Source: an uncultured Candidatus Saccharibacteria bacterium
Lineage (GTDB): Bacteria > Patescibacteriota > Minisyncoccia > UBA6257 > 2-01-FULL-56-20
DNA length: 64,000 nucleotides
Direction: 5' to 3'
Assembly (NCBI GenBank): GCA_965231155.1
Contig: OZ246418.1
Coordinates: forward strand, 433,242 to 497,241
Both the position numbers and the translations under genes were made by a program. Under the pieces are notes generated by a model, which had not been told where the DNA came from, made no database searches, and saw only the letters and a program-made list of their open reading frames with translations. This document shows positions 21,806 through 32,134 of this stretch, piece by piece. Each line of letters begins with the position of its first letter. Positions within the stretch are counted from its first letter, which is position 1.

Positions 21806-22309
21806 ATGAACCAGAAAAAACTTGTTCTCGCTGCGCTTGCCCTCGCTATTCTCGGAGGAGGGATTTATGTATTTTCTTCAAATCCTCCAGCCCAGGCTCC
21901 GGGAATGCTCATTCCATCGACTTCATCAGTGGAGTATCGAAACACTGAGTATGGTTTCAGTTTTCCACTTCCTGATAGCTGGAAAGAATATTCGATTGTG
22001 ACGAGCACCTGGAAAGGTTTGTATTCTACTCAGACCGTGGAAACTGGACCGATGATTTCTATTCGTCATCCATTGTGGACGAAAGAAAATCCACGACAGG
22101 ATATTCCGATTATGGTTTTCACGGTGCAACAGTGGTCTGACATTTTAGCAGATAAGTTTCATATCGGCGCGGCGCCGATTGGGCCGAGCGAACTGGGAAG
22201 AAATGCCAAGTATGTCTTTGCCTTGCCGGCCCGTTACAATTTCGTTTTTCCTACAGGATTTGAGGAGGTGGAGCAGATTCTTCTGACCAAGCCTTTGCAA
22301 ACTTTATAA
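21806..22309 (+). CDS. hypothetical secreted protein
   Basis: N-terminal TM/signal sequence. Confidence 0.4.
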   Translation: MNQKKLVLAALALAILGGGIYVFSSNPPAQAPGMLIPSTSSVEYRNTEYGFSFPLPDSWKEYSIVTSTWKGLYSTQTVETGPMISIRHPLWTKENPRQDIPIMVFTVQQWSDILADKFHIGAAPIGPSELGRNAKYVFALPARYNFVFPTGFEEVEQILLTKPLQTL

Positions 22310-22321
22310 ATTCAAATTATT

Positions 22322-22879
22322 TTGATTCCGGCGATTTTTCAGGGAAGCAAGTTTCAGTATACATTGAAGATTAGCCCACGCTTGCGACTATCTCGACTTC
22401 TTATCCAACCTGATGGGAGTGTGGTTGTGATGGTCCCTCCGATTTTTGATGTAAATCGAGTGGCGTATTTTGTGGAGAAGCACTCGACCTGGGTTGAGAG
22501 GAGGGTTCAGCAACTACAACAACGAGAGGTTATTTATGGAAACAAGAAGGAGATTCTTTTATATAAGAAGCAGGCACGAATATTTACTGAGGAGCGGTGT
22601 GCGTATTTTGGAAAATTGTATGGAGTGAAACCGAAGAAGATTACGATTCGGGCGCAGAAGTCTCGGTGGGGGAGTTGTTCGCGGAAAGGGAATCTTAATT
22701 TTAATTATCAGATTGTACTTTTGCCTGCGGAGCTGGCTGATCAGGTGATTGTCCACGAACTATGTCATCTCTTGGAGTTTAACCACTCGAAGAATTTTTG
22801 GAATTTGGTAGCAAAGACTATCCCTGATTACCGAGAGCGTCGGCAGAGATTGAAAAAGATTACAATCCAGTTGAGGTAA
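22322..22879 (+). CDS. YgjP-like (DUF45/SprT-like) zinc metallohydrolase
   Basis: C-terminal HEXXH block VIVHELCHLLEFNHSKNFWNLV typical of the DUF45 family. Confidence 0.65.
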   Translation: MIPAIFQGSKFQYTLKISPRLRLSRLLIQPDGSVVVMVPPIFDVNRVAYFVEKHSTWVERRVQQLQQREVIYGNKKEILLYKKQARIFTEERCAYFGKLYGVKPKKITIRAQKSRWGSCSRKGNLNFNYQIVLLPAELADQVIVHELCHLLEFNHSKNFWNLVAKTIPDYRERRQRLKKITIQLR

Positions 22880-23003
22880 TCTTTTGTTGCGAGGTTTTTT
22901 GGTCATAAGAATTAGAAAGTTGAGTCTTTTATGGGGGACTTGCGCTTTTAGAGGGGTAGGGTACCCTTAATGGAAAGTCTTAATAATCAATTAATACACG
23001 TAT

Positions 23004-23252
23004 ATGCCGAATGCTGCATTTATGAAGCCAATGACGCTCAGCCCAGAATTGGAGGCTGTCGTCGGAAAGGGACCGATGCCAAGGTCTGAGGTGGTGAAGG
23101 GGTTGTGGGTTTATATTAAAAAGCACGATCTCCAGGATCCAAAGAACAAGCGAAATATTAATGCTGATGAGAACCTCAAAAAGGTTTTCGGTGGCAAGGC
23201 GATGGTCAACATGTTTGAAATGACCAAGTTGGTTTCTAAGCATCTTTCCTAA
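23004..23252 (+). CDS. SWIB/MDM2-domain protein
   Basis: 82 aa; MTLSPELEAVVGKGPMPRSEVVKGLWVYIKKHDLQDPKNKRNINADENLKKVFG matches SWIB-domain consensus. Confidence 0.7.
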   Translation: MPNAAFMKPMTLSPELEAVVGKGPMPRSEVVKGLWVYIKKHDLQDPKNKRNINADENLKKVFGGKAMVNMFEMTKLVSKHLS

Positions 23253-23274
23253 GACTTTTACGTTTTTGTTGGAA

Positions 23275-23306
23275 AATACAACCCCCCTCAAGGGGTTGTA
23301 TTTTTT
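23275..23306 (+). terminator. rho-independent terminator
   Basis: AATACAACCCC-loop-GGGGTTGTATT followed by TTTTTT. Confidence 0.6.
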
Positions 23307-23354
23307 AGTTATTTAATTTGAATCCGGGATTTTTGCATGTGCTAAAATGGGAAT

Positions 23355-26033
23355 ATGGAGAGATTCATTTGGCCAACTCGTTCTTCGGAAGAGGTATTCC
23401 AGATATTGCAGTCCAATGAATCTGGTCTTAGTACTGCCGAAGCTAAAGATCGATTTTTGAAATATGGTCCCAACTCTTTACCCGAAGAGAAGTCACCGGG
23501 CTTATTTTCTATTTTTGTATCGCAGTTTCTTAGTCCGCTTATCTATGTCCTGATTGGTGCTGCGGGAATTGTGTTTTATATGGGTGAGGTAGCCGATGCG
23601 GTTATTATTCTTTTGGTGTTATTTTTTAATGCAATTGTGGGGACCATTCAGGAGGGTCGGGCCGAACGAACATTGGTTGCTCTTAAAAAATTCGTGGAGA
23701 CTTCCGCTTCGGTTTTTCGTGAGGGTGAGATCATGGTTTTACCAGATCGCGAAGTGGTTCCTGGCGATATTCTGATTCTTCAGGAAGGAGATAAGGTGCC
23801 GGCTGATGCGCGGTTGCTTTCCGTGCAGTCAATGAGGGTGGATGAATCGAGTCTTACCGGAGAATCAGTTCCCGTTTCTAAGACAGAAAAGGTACTTGAA
23901 GGTGATTCGTTTCCCATTCATATGCAGAAGAATATGGTTTTTAAGGGGACGAATATCTCTGGTGGTAATGGAAAGGCAATAGTGGTGACCACCGGGCCAG
24001 AGACAGAGATTGGGAAGATATCTCGAGCGGTAGCGGGCGTGGACACCGAAGTGCCATTAAAGAAGAACATAGAGTTTCTTTCTCGGATTATCATTGTTAC
24101 GGTATTCATTTTAAGTGGTGCATTGATGTTTTTTGGTTTGTTACTTGGAGAGGAGCCGAGGGAGATGTTTTCAACTGTTGTGTCGTTGGCAGTTTCGATT
24201 ATCCCCGAAGGCTTACCAGTCGTCATTACTCTTGTTCTGGCAACCGGTGTCTGGCGGATGACTAAGAAGAATGTGTTAGTGAAAAAGTTGCAGGCGGTTG
24301 AAGCACTTGGCCAGGCGAAAGTAATTGCAGTCGACAAGACGGGGACTCTGACTCGGAATGAGATGGTGTTGCAGAAAGTTTATACGAATGGGTGTTACTT
24401 CGATGTAAGTGGGCAGGGATATGATCCGAAGGGTGATTTTTCATTGGATGGTGAACCTATTGAGCCACTGAACCATCCAGAGCTGTTGTTGGCTGGTCGG
24501 GTAGCGTATTTTTGTTCGAACGCTCATGCAATGTATGTTGAGGAGAAAAAGTCCTGGAAGGTATCCGGCGATCCAACTGAAGCGGCCCTTGAGGTATTTG
24601 GTCGGAAAGTCGGGTTTAAGGACGGTGAGCAGGAGTCACCACGAATTTTCGAACTTCCTTTTGACTACCTGACAAAGTATCACGTGACTATTCACGATTT
24701 TCAGCAGTCACGACTTTTAACTGCGGTTGGTGCTCCAGAAAAGATACTATCTATTTCCGAAAATCTATGGCGTGATGGTCGAATTGAGAAACTCGAGCAG
24801 GGGGATCGAGAGAGGTTGGAGGCAGTTTTCTTAGAAATGTCACGTCAGGGATTGCGAACTCTGGCGTTTGCTGTCTATGAAAACGCACCAGAAGTGGTGG
24901 CTGGTGATATGTTGCCCCCGCTGACCTTCGGTGGATTTTTTGGCATGAGAGATCCTTTGCGCGAAGAAGCCAAGCAGGCGATTCAGGACGCCAAAAGAGC
25001 CGGCATCCGAGTAGTGATGATGACTGGCGATCATATGATCACGGCACACGCGATTGCCAAAGAAATAGGTTTAGCTGACGATCATGACGAAATCATCACT
25101 GGAGAAGATTTAGAACAGTTATCCGATGAACAGTTATTAAAACGTTTGGGTTTGTGTAGTATCTTTGCGCGAGTTGCTCCTGAACACAAACTCAGGATAA
25201 TTGAATTATTCAGAAGACGAGGAGAGGTGGTAGCAATGACTGGAGATGGGGTCAATGATGCGCCATCGTTAGCAGCAGCCGATCTAGGCGTAGCTATGGG
25301 TAGGGTAGGGACTGAGGTGGCAAAGGAAGCGGCTGACTTAATACTCCTTGATGATAACTTTGGGAATATCATTGCGGCAGTTGAAGAGGGAAGGGGGATA
25401 TATCAGTCGATTAAAAAGGTGATTCTTTATCTTTTTTCAACTAGCCTCGGCGAGGTTCTTACGATTACGGGCGCTTTATTTTTAGGATTGCCACTGCCCG
25501 TACTTCCGACTCAGATTATCTGGTTAAACTTTGTGACCGATGGTTTTTTAACTGTTGCGTTACCCCTGGAACCGAAAGAGATAGGCCTCCTTAATGGTCA
25601 GTTCAAGAAACCGTCTCGGTATATTCTTGATAACGATATGGTTTTGCGGATGATTTTTATGGGCTGTATTATCGCGTTAGGTTCTTTGTATGCATTCTCT
25701 CAGTATCTCGATCAGGGAATTGAAAAAGCGTTGACTATATCACTTACTACTTTGGCTATTTTCCAGTGGTTCAATGCCTGGAACTCTCGCAGTGAGACAA
25801 GGTCAGTTTTTTCGGACAGTCCCTTAAAAAATCCTTCACTCATTGGTGCCACGTTTTTGGTTATTTTCCTTCAGATTTTCGCTGTCTATAATCCGTTCAT
25901 GCAGACTTATCTCCATACGGTACCGCTGGTTCTCGGCGACTGGATCTTCGCGATAGTGATTGCTTCCTCGATTCTTGTTTTTGAGGAGGTAAGAAAGTTG
26001 GCGATTCGCTTAATCCGTCGTTTTGCAGCATAG
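23355..26033 (+). CDS. P-type cation-transporting ATPase (type IIA, Ca2+/Mg2+-like)
   Basis: DKTGTLT phosphorylation site, TGES (TGESVPV), MTGDHMITAHAIA, VAMTGDGVNDAPSLAAADLGVAMG; 10 TM helices. Confidence 0.9.
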   Translation: MERFIWPTRSSEEVFQILQSNESGLSTAEAKDRFLKYGPNSLPEEKSPGLFSIFVSQFLSPLIYVLIGAAGIVFYMGEVADAVIILLVLFFNAIVGTIQEGRAERTLVALKKFVETSASVFREGEIMVLPDREVVPGDILILQEGDKVPADARLLSVQSMRVDESSLTGESVPVSKTEKVLEGDSFPIHMQKNMVFKGTNISGGNGKAIVVTTGPETEIGKISRAVAGVDTEVPLKKNIEFLSRIIIVTVFILSGALMFFGLLLGEEPREMFSTVVSLAVSIIPEGLPVVITLVLATGVWRMTKKNVLVKKLQAVEALGQAKVIAVDKTGTLTRNEMVLQKVYTNGCYFDVSGQGYDPKGDFSLDGEPIEPLNHPELLLAGRVAYFCSNAHAMYVEEKKSWKVSGDPTEAALEVFGRKVGFKDGEQESPRIFELPFDYLTKYHVTIHDFQQSRLLTAVGAPEKILSISENLWRDGRIEKLEQGDRERLEAVFLEMSRQGLRTLAFAVYENAPEVVAGDMLPPLTFGGFFGMRDPLREEAKQAIQDAKRAGIRVVMMTGDHMITAHAIAKEIGLADDHDEIITGEDLEQLSDEQLLKRLGLCSIFARVAPEHKLRIIELFRRRGEVVAMTGDGVNDAPSLAAADLGVAMGRVGTEVAKEAADLILLDDNFGNIIAAVEEGRGIYQSIKKVILYLFSTSLGEVLTITGALFLGLPLPVLPTQIIWLNFVTDGFLTVALPLEPKEIGLLNGQFKKPSRYILDNDMVLRMIFMGCIIALGSLYAFSQYLDQGIEKALTISLTTLAIFQWFNAWNSRSETRSVFSDSPLKNPSLIGATFLVIFLQIFAVYNPFMQTYLHTVPLVLGDWIFAIVIASSILVFEEVRKLAIRLIRRFAA

Positions 26034-26101
26034 GATTTGGATGTGCTGGTTGGATATTTTCTATTGTCTAAAACCATCGTCATAAGGTAGAGTTAAATCT
26101 C

Positions 26102-27904
26102 ATGGAGAAAGATAAGGATATTATTACCTCGCAGGCAGTACGTCAGGTATTGCAAGTATATTTTAAGCAGTACCGGACATATCCTTGGGATGCATTTTTG
26201 GCTTTTTTTATGCCCGCGATTGGGTCAATTTTCATTTTCTTTATTCCACCACTCGTGGTGTCGCGACTTATCAATATTTTTGCTGCACAGCATACTATCT
26301 CGATCGAGACTATCTGGCCTTACATAGCGGCTTTCGGAGGGTTTTGGTTACTTGGTGAGATTTTCTGGCGTATCGGATTCCATTTTCTTGTGAAGATTGA
26401 AGCCCAGTCATTTTACGATCTTGGGCAGATGGCTTTTCGGCGACTGGCCGATCGGGATTACGATTTTTACGCGAATCATTTTGTTGGTTCGTTAACCAAG
26501 AAAGCATTGGCTTTTCCTAGGGGTTTTGAGACATTTACTGATACGCTGACCTTTAGCGTCATTAATAATATTCTTCCGATTAGTTTTGCAATGATTGTTT
26601 TGTGGCAGTACTCTTTTTGGCTACCACTTATTCTTCTTTTCTGGATTTCTCTGGCGATTCTCATTGGTTTGCCAATTATTCGTCGTCGCTCAGAACTGGT
26701 TGCGTTACGGCATGATGCGGGGAGTAAGCTATCTGGTCGTTTGTCCGACATACTGACTAATATGTTTGCAATCAAGTCTTTTGCTCGAGAGGGAATTGAG
26801 CTGAAATATTATGAGGATTATTTGGAGGATTTTTCTGATAAGTATAAGCGTGCGGCGAATTATCAAAACCAGAGATTTGATGCCATTATTTCTCCCATCT
26901 ATGTAGCAACAAATGTGTGTGGTCTTGTGGCGTCGATCTTTTTAGCTAGTCAGTTGGGCCTGGAGGTTGGAGTGATTATGGTGATTTTTGCCTATTACTC
27001 TCAGATTACTAGGGTTTTTTGGGAGATAAATAGAGTCTATCGTCAGCTTGAGTCTTCGGTGAGTGAGGCGGCTGAGTTTTTCCAGATGCTTCTTACTCCG
27101 CCACTCGTTGAGGATGTTTTTCAGGCGAAGAAAGTTTCCGTATCTGAGGCAGCGATCAAGTTTCATAAGGTTAGTTTTCGATATGGTGGCGGCGGCACAG
27201 AGGAGGAAGATCCGTTGTTCCTTAAAAATTTTAATTTAGACATTAAAGGCAGACAGAAAATTGGCTTAGTTGGTCCAAGCGGTGGAGGAAAGACAACCAT
27301 TACTAAGCTTTTACTGCGATTTGTTGACGTTCATTCTGGGAAGATTACTATCGATGACCAAGATATTCGTGAAGTTGCACAAACTTCACTTCGAGAAGCA
27401 ATTGGATATGTGCCACAGGAACCATTACTATTCCATCGTTCTCTTTCAGAGAACATTGCCTATGGAAATGATCGAGCGACCGAGCGGGACATCGTGAAAG
27501 CAGCAAAGTTGGCTCATGCTGATGAGTTTGTTCGTGAACTTCCACAAGGGTATAAGACAATGGTGGGAGAGCGAGGGGTGAAGCTCTCTGGTGGTCAGCG
27601 ACAGCGGGTGGCCATTGCCCGAGCGATTCTGAAGAATGCACCGATTCTTATTTTGGACGAGGCAACAAGTTCGTTGGATTCTGAGTCCGAGAAGTATATT
27701 CAGGAAGGTTTGTGGGAGTTAATGAAAAACAAGACGGCGCTGGTCATTGCTCATCGACTTTCCACCATTAAACACTTGGATAGAATCATTGTTCTCGACA
27801 AGGGAAGGATTGTGCAGGATGGGACACATGAAGAATTGATTAAGCAAAAAGGGATCTATGCCAAGCTGTGGGATCATCAGTCGGGTGGTTTTTTGGAAGA
27901 TTAG
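26102..27904 (+). CDS. ABC transporter, fused permease/ATP-binding (MsbA-like exporter)
   Basis: 6 TM, then Walker A GPSGGGKTT, signature LSGGQRQRVAIARAIL, Walker B ILILDEATSSLD. Confidence 0.9.
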   Translation: MEKDKDIITSQAVRQVLQVYFKQYRTYPWDAFLAFFMPAIGSIFIFFIPPLVVSRLINIFAAQHTISIETIWPYIAAFGGFWLLGEIFWRIGFHFLVKIEAQSFYDLGQMAFRRLADRDYDFYANHFVGSLTKKALAFPRGFETFTDTLTFSVINNILPISFAMIVLWQYSFWLPLILLFWISLAILIGLPIIRRRSELVALRHDAGSKLSGRLSDILTNMFAIKSFAREGIELKYYEDYLEDFSDKYKRAANYQNQRFDAIISPIYVATNVCGLVASIFLASQLGLEVGVIMVIFAYYSQITRVFWEINRVYRQLESSVSEAAEFFQMLLTPPLVEDVFQAKKVSVSEAAIKFHKVSFRYGGGGTEEEDPLFLKNFNLDIKGRQKIGLVGPSGGGKTTITKLLLRFVDVHSGKITIDDQDIREVAQTSLREAIGYVPQEPLLFHRSLSENIAYGNDRATERDIVKAAKLAHADEFVRELPQGYKTMVGERGVKLSGGQRQRVAIARAILKNAPILILDEATSSLDSESEKYIQEGLWELMKNKTALVIAHRLSTIKHLDRIIVLDKGRIVQDGTHEELIKQKGIYAKLWDHQSGGFLED

Positions 27905-27920
27905 GATTTTTCTGGGAATA

Positions 27921-27955
27921 AAAAAGACTCCGCATTTGGCGGAGTCTTTTTTATT
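27921..27955. terminator. bidirectional rho-independent terminator between convergent genes
   Basis: AAAAAGACTCCGC-atttg-GCGGAGTCTTTTTT (A-run before, T-run after). Confidence 0.65.
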
Positions 27956-27969
27956 TCTTGACGACCGAA

Positions 27970-29268
27970 CTATTTGTTCAGTGCTGCTCGAGTACCCGGT
28001 CCGACGTTGCCGAGAGGGGAAAGGCCATTCGCTTTCTGGAAGGCCTTCACGGCATTTTCTGTAGAGAGGCCAAAGTATCCGGTAATTTCACCGGAGAGAA
28101 AACCACCAGCAATTAATTTCTTCTGGAGCTCTCGTACTTCATTTCCGGAGTCACCGATCGAGAGGGGGAGATAAAACTTATAAGAAGTCGTTGTGCCATT
28201 TGTAGCGGTAGTGACTGTGGAGGGCATGACACTGCTTCCGCTAATCAGTGCTTGGACTGTGGCCTTGAGTTGAGCGAGTTGATTTAGCATAAGAGCTATC
28301 TGTCCCTCTAGCGTTTGGATCTGTGAGAGGAGAGAAGTAGGGAAGATAATTGAGTTTACGGGAGTCGTTGTATTGGTAGTTGGTGTTGTGGTCGTGGGGA
28401 CCGCTCCGGTAGCACCAAATGGAATTGAGAGAGTGCTACAGCTACCACCAGACTCACAAACGTTGATTGTTGCCGAACCGACGGTAAGTCTGTTTAAGGT
28501 GAGTGTATTACCACTCAGACTTGCATTCACAATGCTTGGGTTGGAAACGGATGAGAGGCTATATGTGCCACTTCCGCCGGAGACGGTAATGGTGATTGTC
28601 TGACCAACGGAGATTGAGGGGTTCGGTTGGCTAAAGCTAATACTTCCTCCAGTACTTCCTCCAGTACTATTTACAGTTACGGAGAGGTTTCCACAACCAC
28701 CTGAGTTTTGGCAGACAGTGATGGTCGTATTTCCCTGGGAGAGTGCATTGATGGTAAGTACGCTTCCATTCTGAGAATAGGAGGCGATAGCGGAATTTGA
28801 ATTGGCGGAGACAAAGTAACTGCCATTGCCGGAGATGTTTACGGACTGAGTGGCTCCAGGAGTCATGGTGAGACTTGAGGGATTTAGGGAGAGAGACGAG
28901 TTTGAAGTGGTGGCCCCACCCGTGTCACTGACTGTTGCGGTGGCCGTTCCACAATTTGTGGTGTCGAGAATAGAACAGATTGAAATGCTGGCTGTGCCAC
29001 TTTTTCCGGTGCTGGTGAGGGTCAGTGTCGAACCGTTCATATTGCCGAGCACTGAGGCCGGATTGGAGTTACTGGAGACATAGTAGTCGGTTCCTCCGCC
29101 CATGACGTTTATAGTTATGGCTTGGGTTCCGGAGAGCGTGACATTCGACTGGCTCAGACTAAGCGCTGCGAAGGCGCTTGCTCCAGGAATAATAAAAACT
29201 ACCGACGCAAGGGTTATGACGACTGCGCGTGAGCGCCAAGATGAGTGGTTCATAGATATATTGTACAA
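27970..29268 (-). CDS. secreted cell-wall-associated protein: three Ig-like (BIG_2-type) repeats, Thr-rich linker, C-terminal peptidoglycan-binding domain
   Basis: Signal peptide; three roughly 85-aa repeats each ending in a Cys pair (…CQNSGGCGNLSVTV / …CESGGSCSTLSIPF); C-terminal PG_binding_1-like GDSGNEVRELQKKLIAGGFLSGEITGYFGLSTENAVKAFQKANGLSPLGNVGPGT. Confidence 0.65.
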   Translation of the reverse strand: MYNISMNHSSWRSRAVVITLASVVFIIPGASAFAALSLSQSNVTLSGTQAITINVMGGGTDYYVSSNSNPASVLGNMNGSTLTLTSTGKSGTASISICSILDTTNCGTATATVSDTGGATTSNSSLSLNPSSLTMTPGATQSVNISGNGSYFVSANSNSAIASYSQNGSVLTINALSQGNTTITVCQNSGGCGNLSVTVNSTGGSTGGSISFSQPNPSISVGQTITITVSGGSGTYSLSSVSNPSIVNASLSGNTLTLNRLTVGSATINVCESGGSCSTLSIPFGATGAVPTTTTPTTNTTTPVNSIIFPTSLLSQIQTLEGQIALMLNQLAQLKATVQALISGSSVMPSTVTTATNGTTTSYKFYLPLSIGDSGNEVRELQKKLIAGGFLSGEITGYFGLSTENAVKAFQKANGLSPLGNVGPGTRAALNK

Positions 29269-29381
29269 CTTTTAAGAGTATATTCACCCCTTTCTTGCTC
29301 ATAGAAAAATTTTAGTGGACAAGTTGCGTTATTCTAAAAAAAATGTTCTAATTTATCGCACGTGAGTTTGAGACTATTTCT

Positions 29382-30149
29382 ATGCAAAAAGAATTTCAGA
29401 AGCTCTATATTTATGGCAAACACGCTCTTTGGGAGGCGTTGACTTATCAACCCCAAGTAGTGAGGAAGGTGTTTTTTTCGCCTCGGATTGACGATTTAGA
29501 GTTAAGGAATTTAATCCGTAAGCGAGGGGTGACTATCTCCGAACTGAAGGATAAGCAGGCTGATCAGATGGTTGGTTATGACACGGCCCATCAGGGAATT
29601 GTGGCCATTATCGACTCGGCCGATTTGATGATTGATTTTGGTGATTTTATTCGCGAATTTCCGGTTTCGAACGACTCGATGTTAGTGCTCCTTGATGAAC
29701 TGACCGATCCTCATAATGTCGGAGCGATTATTCGTTCAGCGGCGGCTTTCGGCGCAGCGGGGATTTTGATGCCATATCATAATCAAGCACCGATCACTGG
29801 AGCAGTGGTGAAGGCTTCGGCGGGGATGGTGTTCCGGGTACCGATTGTCTCGATTGGGAATGTAAATTACACCATTGGTCAACTTCAGGACTTAGGATTT
29901 CGATCATATGGCCTGATTATGGAAGGATCCAAGAGTTTGACCGAAGATACTTTTGAAGAGCCAACGTTATTTATCGTAGGCAATGAAGCCAAGGGAATTC
30001 GTCAGAAGACGCTGGAGCTATGTGATATTAAGTTGCGCATTCCGATGCATCCACGTTGTGAATCACTGAACGCTTCGGTTTCGGCGGCAGTGGTTTTGTA
30101 CGAGTGGAGCAAGAATCATCCAAAGTCGTTCAAGGAGAAAAAGAAGTAG
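29382..30149 (+). CDS. SpoU/TrmH-family RNA 2'-O-methyltransferase (RlmB-like)
   Basis: ELTDPHNVGAIIRSAAAFGAAGILMP; C-terminal SPOUT knot LNASVSAAVVLYE. Confidence 0.8.
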   Translation: MQKEFQKLYIYGKHALWEALTYQPQVVRKVFFSPRIDDLELRNLIRKRGVTISELKDKQADQMVGYDTAHQGIVAIIDSADLMIDFGDFIREFPVSNDSMLVLLDELTDPHNVGAIIRSAAAFGAAGILMPYHNQAPITGAVVKASAGMVFRVPIVSIGNVNYTIGQLQDLGFRSYGLIMEGSKSLTEDTFEEPTLFIVGNEAKGIRQKTLELCDIKLRIPMHPRCESLNASVSAAVVLYEWSKNHPKSFKEKKK

Positions 30150-31007
30150 ATGCACCATTCTGATCTTGTTTCGCGCCCCTGGGTAGATTATGAGTTAATC
30201 GATTCTGGTGATAATAGAAAGTTAGAACGATTTGGAAAATATATCGTTATTCGTCCTGAGACGCAGGCGATTTGGCAGCCACTCCATCCTGAAAAATGGA
30301 CTCGAGCTCAGGCGGAGTTTCGTTTCCGCGAGGGTAAGGGGAGTTGGATAAATAAAGGCGTGCCAGATAGTTGGGAGATGACTTGGGAGTATGCTCGTTT
30401 TTGGATGCGACTCACAAATTTTAAACATGTAGGAATTTTTCCTGAGCAGGCGCCAAACTGGGAGTGGTTAGGGGAGAAGGTGCAGAACTTGCGTGAGCCG
30501 AATGTTCTGAATTTATTTGGCTATACCGGAGTCGCCACGATTGCGGCCGCGATGCGTGGGGCGCATGTTACTCACGTGGATGCTTCGAAGCAGAGTAATG
30601 TCTGGGCCAAGGAGAATGCGGGGATGTCGGGTGTGCCAGAAAATGCAGTTCGTTATATTTTGGATGATGGTTTGAAGTTCGCGGAGAGAGAGGTGCGACG
30701 TGGTTTGGTCTATGAGGGAATTATTCTTGATCCACCAGCTTTCGGTCGGGGAGCAAAAGGTGAGGTTTGGAAAATCGAGGAGGGCTTGCTCAAACTTTTG
30801 AAAACTCTCTCCCTTTTGCTCAGTAAAAAACCTGGTGCATTTTTTCTGTTGAATGGATATGCTGCTGGATACTCACCACAGTCATTCGTGCAAGCTATCC
30901 AGAGTTTTTTCCCTGAAGGCAAGGGAGAGTTCGGTGAGCTTCATATTGCAGAGAGTGATTCAAAACGAGTAGTTCCTTCGGGGATCTACGTGCGGTTTAC
31001 GCGGTAG
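30150..31007 (+). CDS. class I SAM-dependent RNA methyltransferase (RlmI/RlmK-like, Methyltrans_SAM)
   Basis: LNLFGYTGVATIAAAMRGAHVTHVDAS...GIILDPPAFGRG. Confidence 0.6.
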   Translation: MHHSDLVSRPWVDYELIDSGDNRKLERFGKYIVIRPETQAIWQPLHPEKWTRAQAEFRFREGKGSWINKGVPDSWEMTWEYARFWMRLTNFKHVGIFPEQAPNWEWLGEKVQNLREPNVLNLFGYTGVATIAAAMRGAHVTHVDASKQSNVWAKENAGMSGVPENAVRYILDDGLKFAEREVRRGLVYEGIILDPPAFGRGAKGEVWKIEEGLLKLLKTLSLLLSKKPGAFFLLNGYAAGYSPQSFVQAIQSFFPEGKGEFGELHIAESDSKRVVPSGIYVRFTR

Positions 31008-31013
31008 CTTTTT

Positions 31014-31592
31014 ATGAATAAATTTTTTGATCATGTGGCGCCAGTGTATGAACGACTACACGGTGGTGCTGAGAAAACATTTGGGAGGATAAGTGTGTTA
31101 GCCGGATTTAAGTTAACTGATCGAGTACTCGATATCGGTGGGGGAACGGGGCGGATTAGCCAGTTTCTGGTTGGCAAGGTGTCAGAGATTATCGTTCTCG
31201 ATCCTTCGGAGAAGATGATTGCGGAGTGTAAAAAACACACTGGTCTGACGTGTGAGGTGGGGAGCGGAGAACAAATTCCTCTCGCCGATGAAAGTGTTGA
31301 TAAGGTGATTATGGTGGATGCGTTCCATCATGTGGGTGATCAAGAAAAAGTTTTGTCAGAGATTCGACGAGTTCTCAAGCCCGATGGTTTAGTGGTTTTT
31401 GAGGAGTTCGCTCCCGAGAGGCTGGGTGGTAAGCTAGTACTATTTTTCGAGAAAATTTTTAAGTTGGGGAGTATTTTTCATTCGCCGAAGAAGTTGGAGA
31501 GACTTTTTGAAAATGCTGGTTTTGCCGTGCGATTACTTGATCAAAATAGACGGGAGTATTACTTGCTAGCCAGGAAGACGGAGAGTCAGTGA
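31014..31592 (+). CDS. class I SAM-dependent methyltransferase (Methyltransf_11-like)
   Basis: VLDIGGGTGRIS...VLDPSEKMI...VLKPDGLVVFEEF. Confidence 0.7.
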   Translation: MNKFFDHVAPVYERLHGGAEKTFGRISVLAGFKLTDRVLDIGGGTGRISQFLVGKVSEIIVLDPSEKMIAECKKHTGLTCEVGSGEQIPLADESVDKVIMVDAFHHVGDQEKVLSEIRRVLKPDGLVVFEEFAPERLGGKLVLFFEKIFKLGSIFHSPKKLERLFENAGFAVRLLDQNRREYYLLARKTESQ

Positions 31593-31637
31593 CGCCTGGT
31601 CAGAAGAGCGTCTTTGTGGTAATCTAGGGGGGTACTT

Positions 31638-32132
31638 ATGAATAGAAATGGGTTTATTAATGTTGCGTTAGTCTTTTTGGTGGCTGCTTTCTCTGGCGGA
31701 GCGACTTATTATGTCATGACGAAGGAGGCTATAGCGCCAAAAGAGGAGGTCCAGGTACCTATACTTACTTCGGAGACTTCGAGTAAGACACCTTCTTGTG
31801 ATGGCGAGATGCCAGTGATCACTTCTATTTCAGCCACGTCCAGTAAGATAGGAGGGAAGATTGAGTTGGTCGGTTGTAATTTTTCTGGTTTCGAGGGGGA
31901 TAAGACAGCCTGGATAGAGAATGATAAAGGAGAAAAGGGGATTTTGTATGGCGATCTCGATTCGACAGAGACGTCTCTGAAACTTACTTTGCAACCGTCG
32001 GTATGTAAGGAGGATACTTCTTACAGTGGCCATGAGTGTCAGAATGAATTAGTGCTTATTCCCGGAGAGTATCAAGTATATGTCTATCCTTGGGGTAAGA
32101 TGAGTAATAAGATCTCATTAACTATAAAATAA
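31638..32132 (+). CDS. hypothetical secreted protein
   Basis: N-terminal TM/signal, Cys pairs; no motif. Confidence 0.4.
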   Translation: MNRNGFINVALVFLVAAFSGGATYYVMTKEAIAPKEEVQVPILTSETSSKTPSCDGEMPVITSISATSSKIGGKIELVGCNFSGFEGDKTAWIENDKGEKGILYGDLDSTETSLKLTLQPSVCKEDTSYSGHECQNELVLIPGEYQVYVYPWGKMSNKISLTIK

Positions 32133-32134
32133 AT

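Noticed and set aside
27974-29083. Plus-strand ORFs antisense to the BIG_2/PG-binding gene
   Set aside because: Shadow ORFs of a repetitive, GC-skewed coding region
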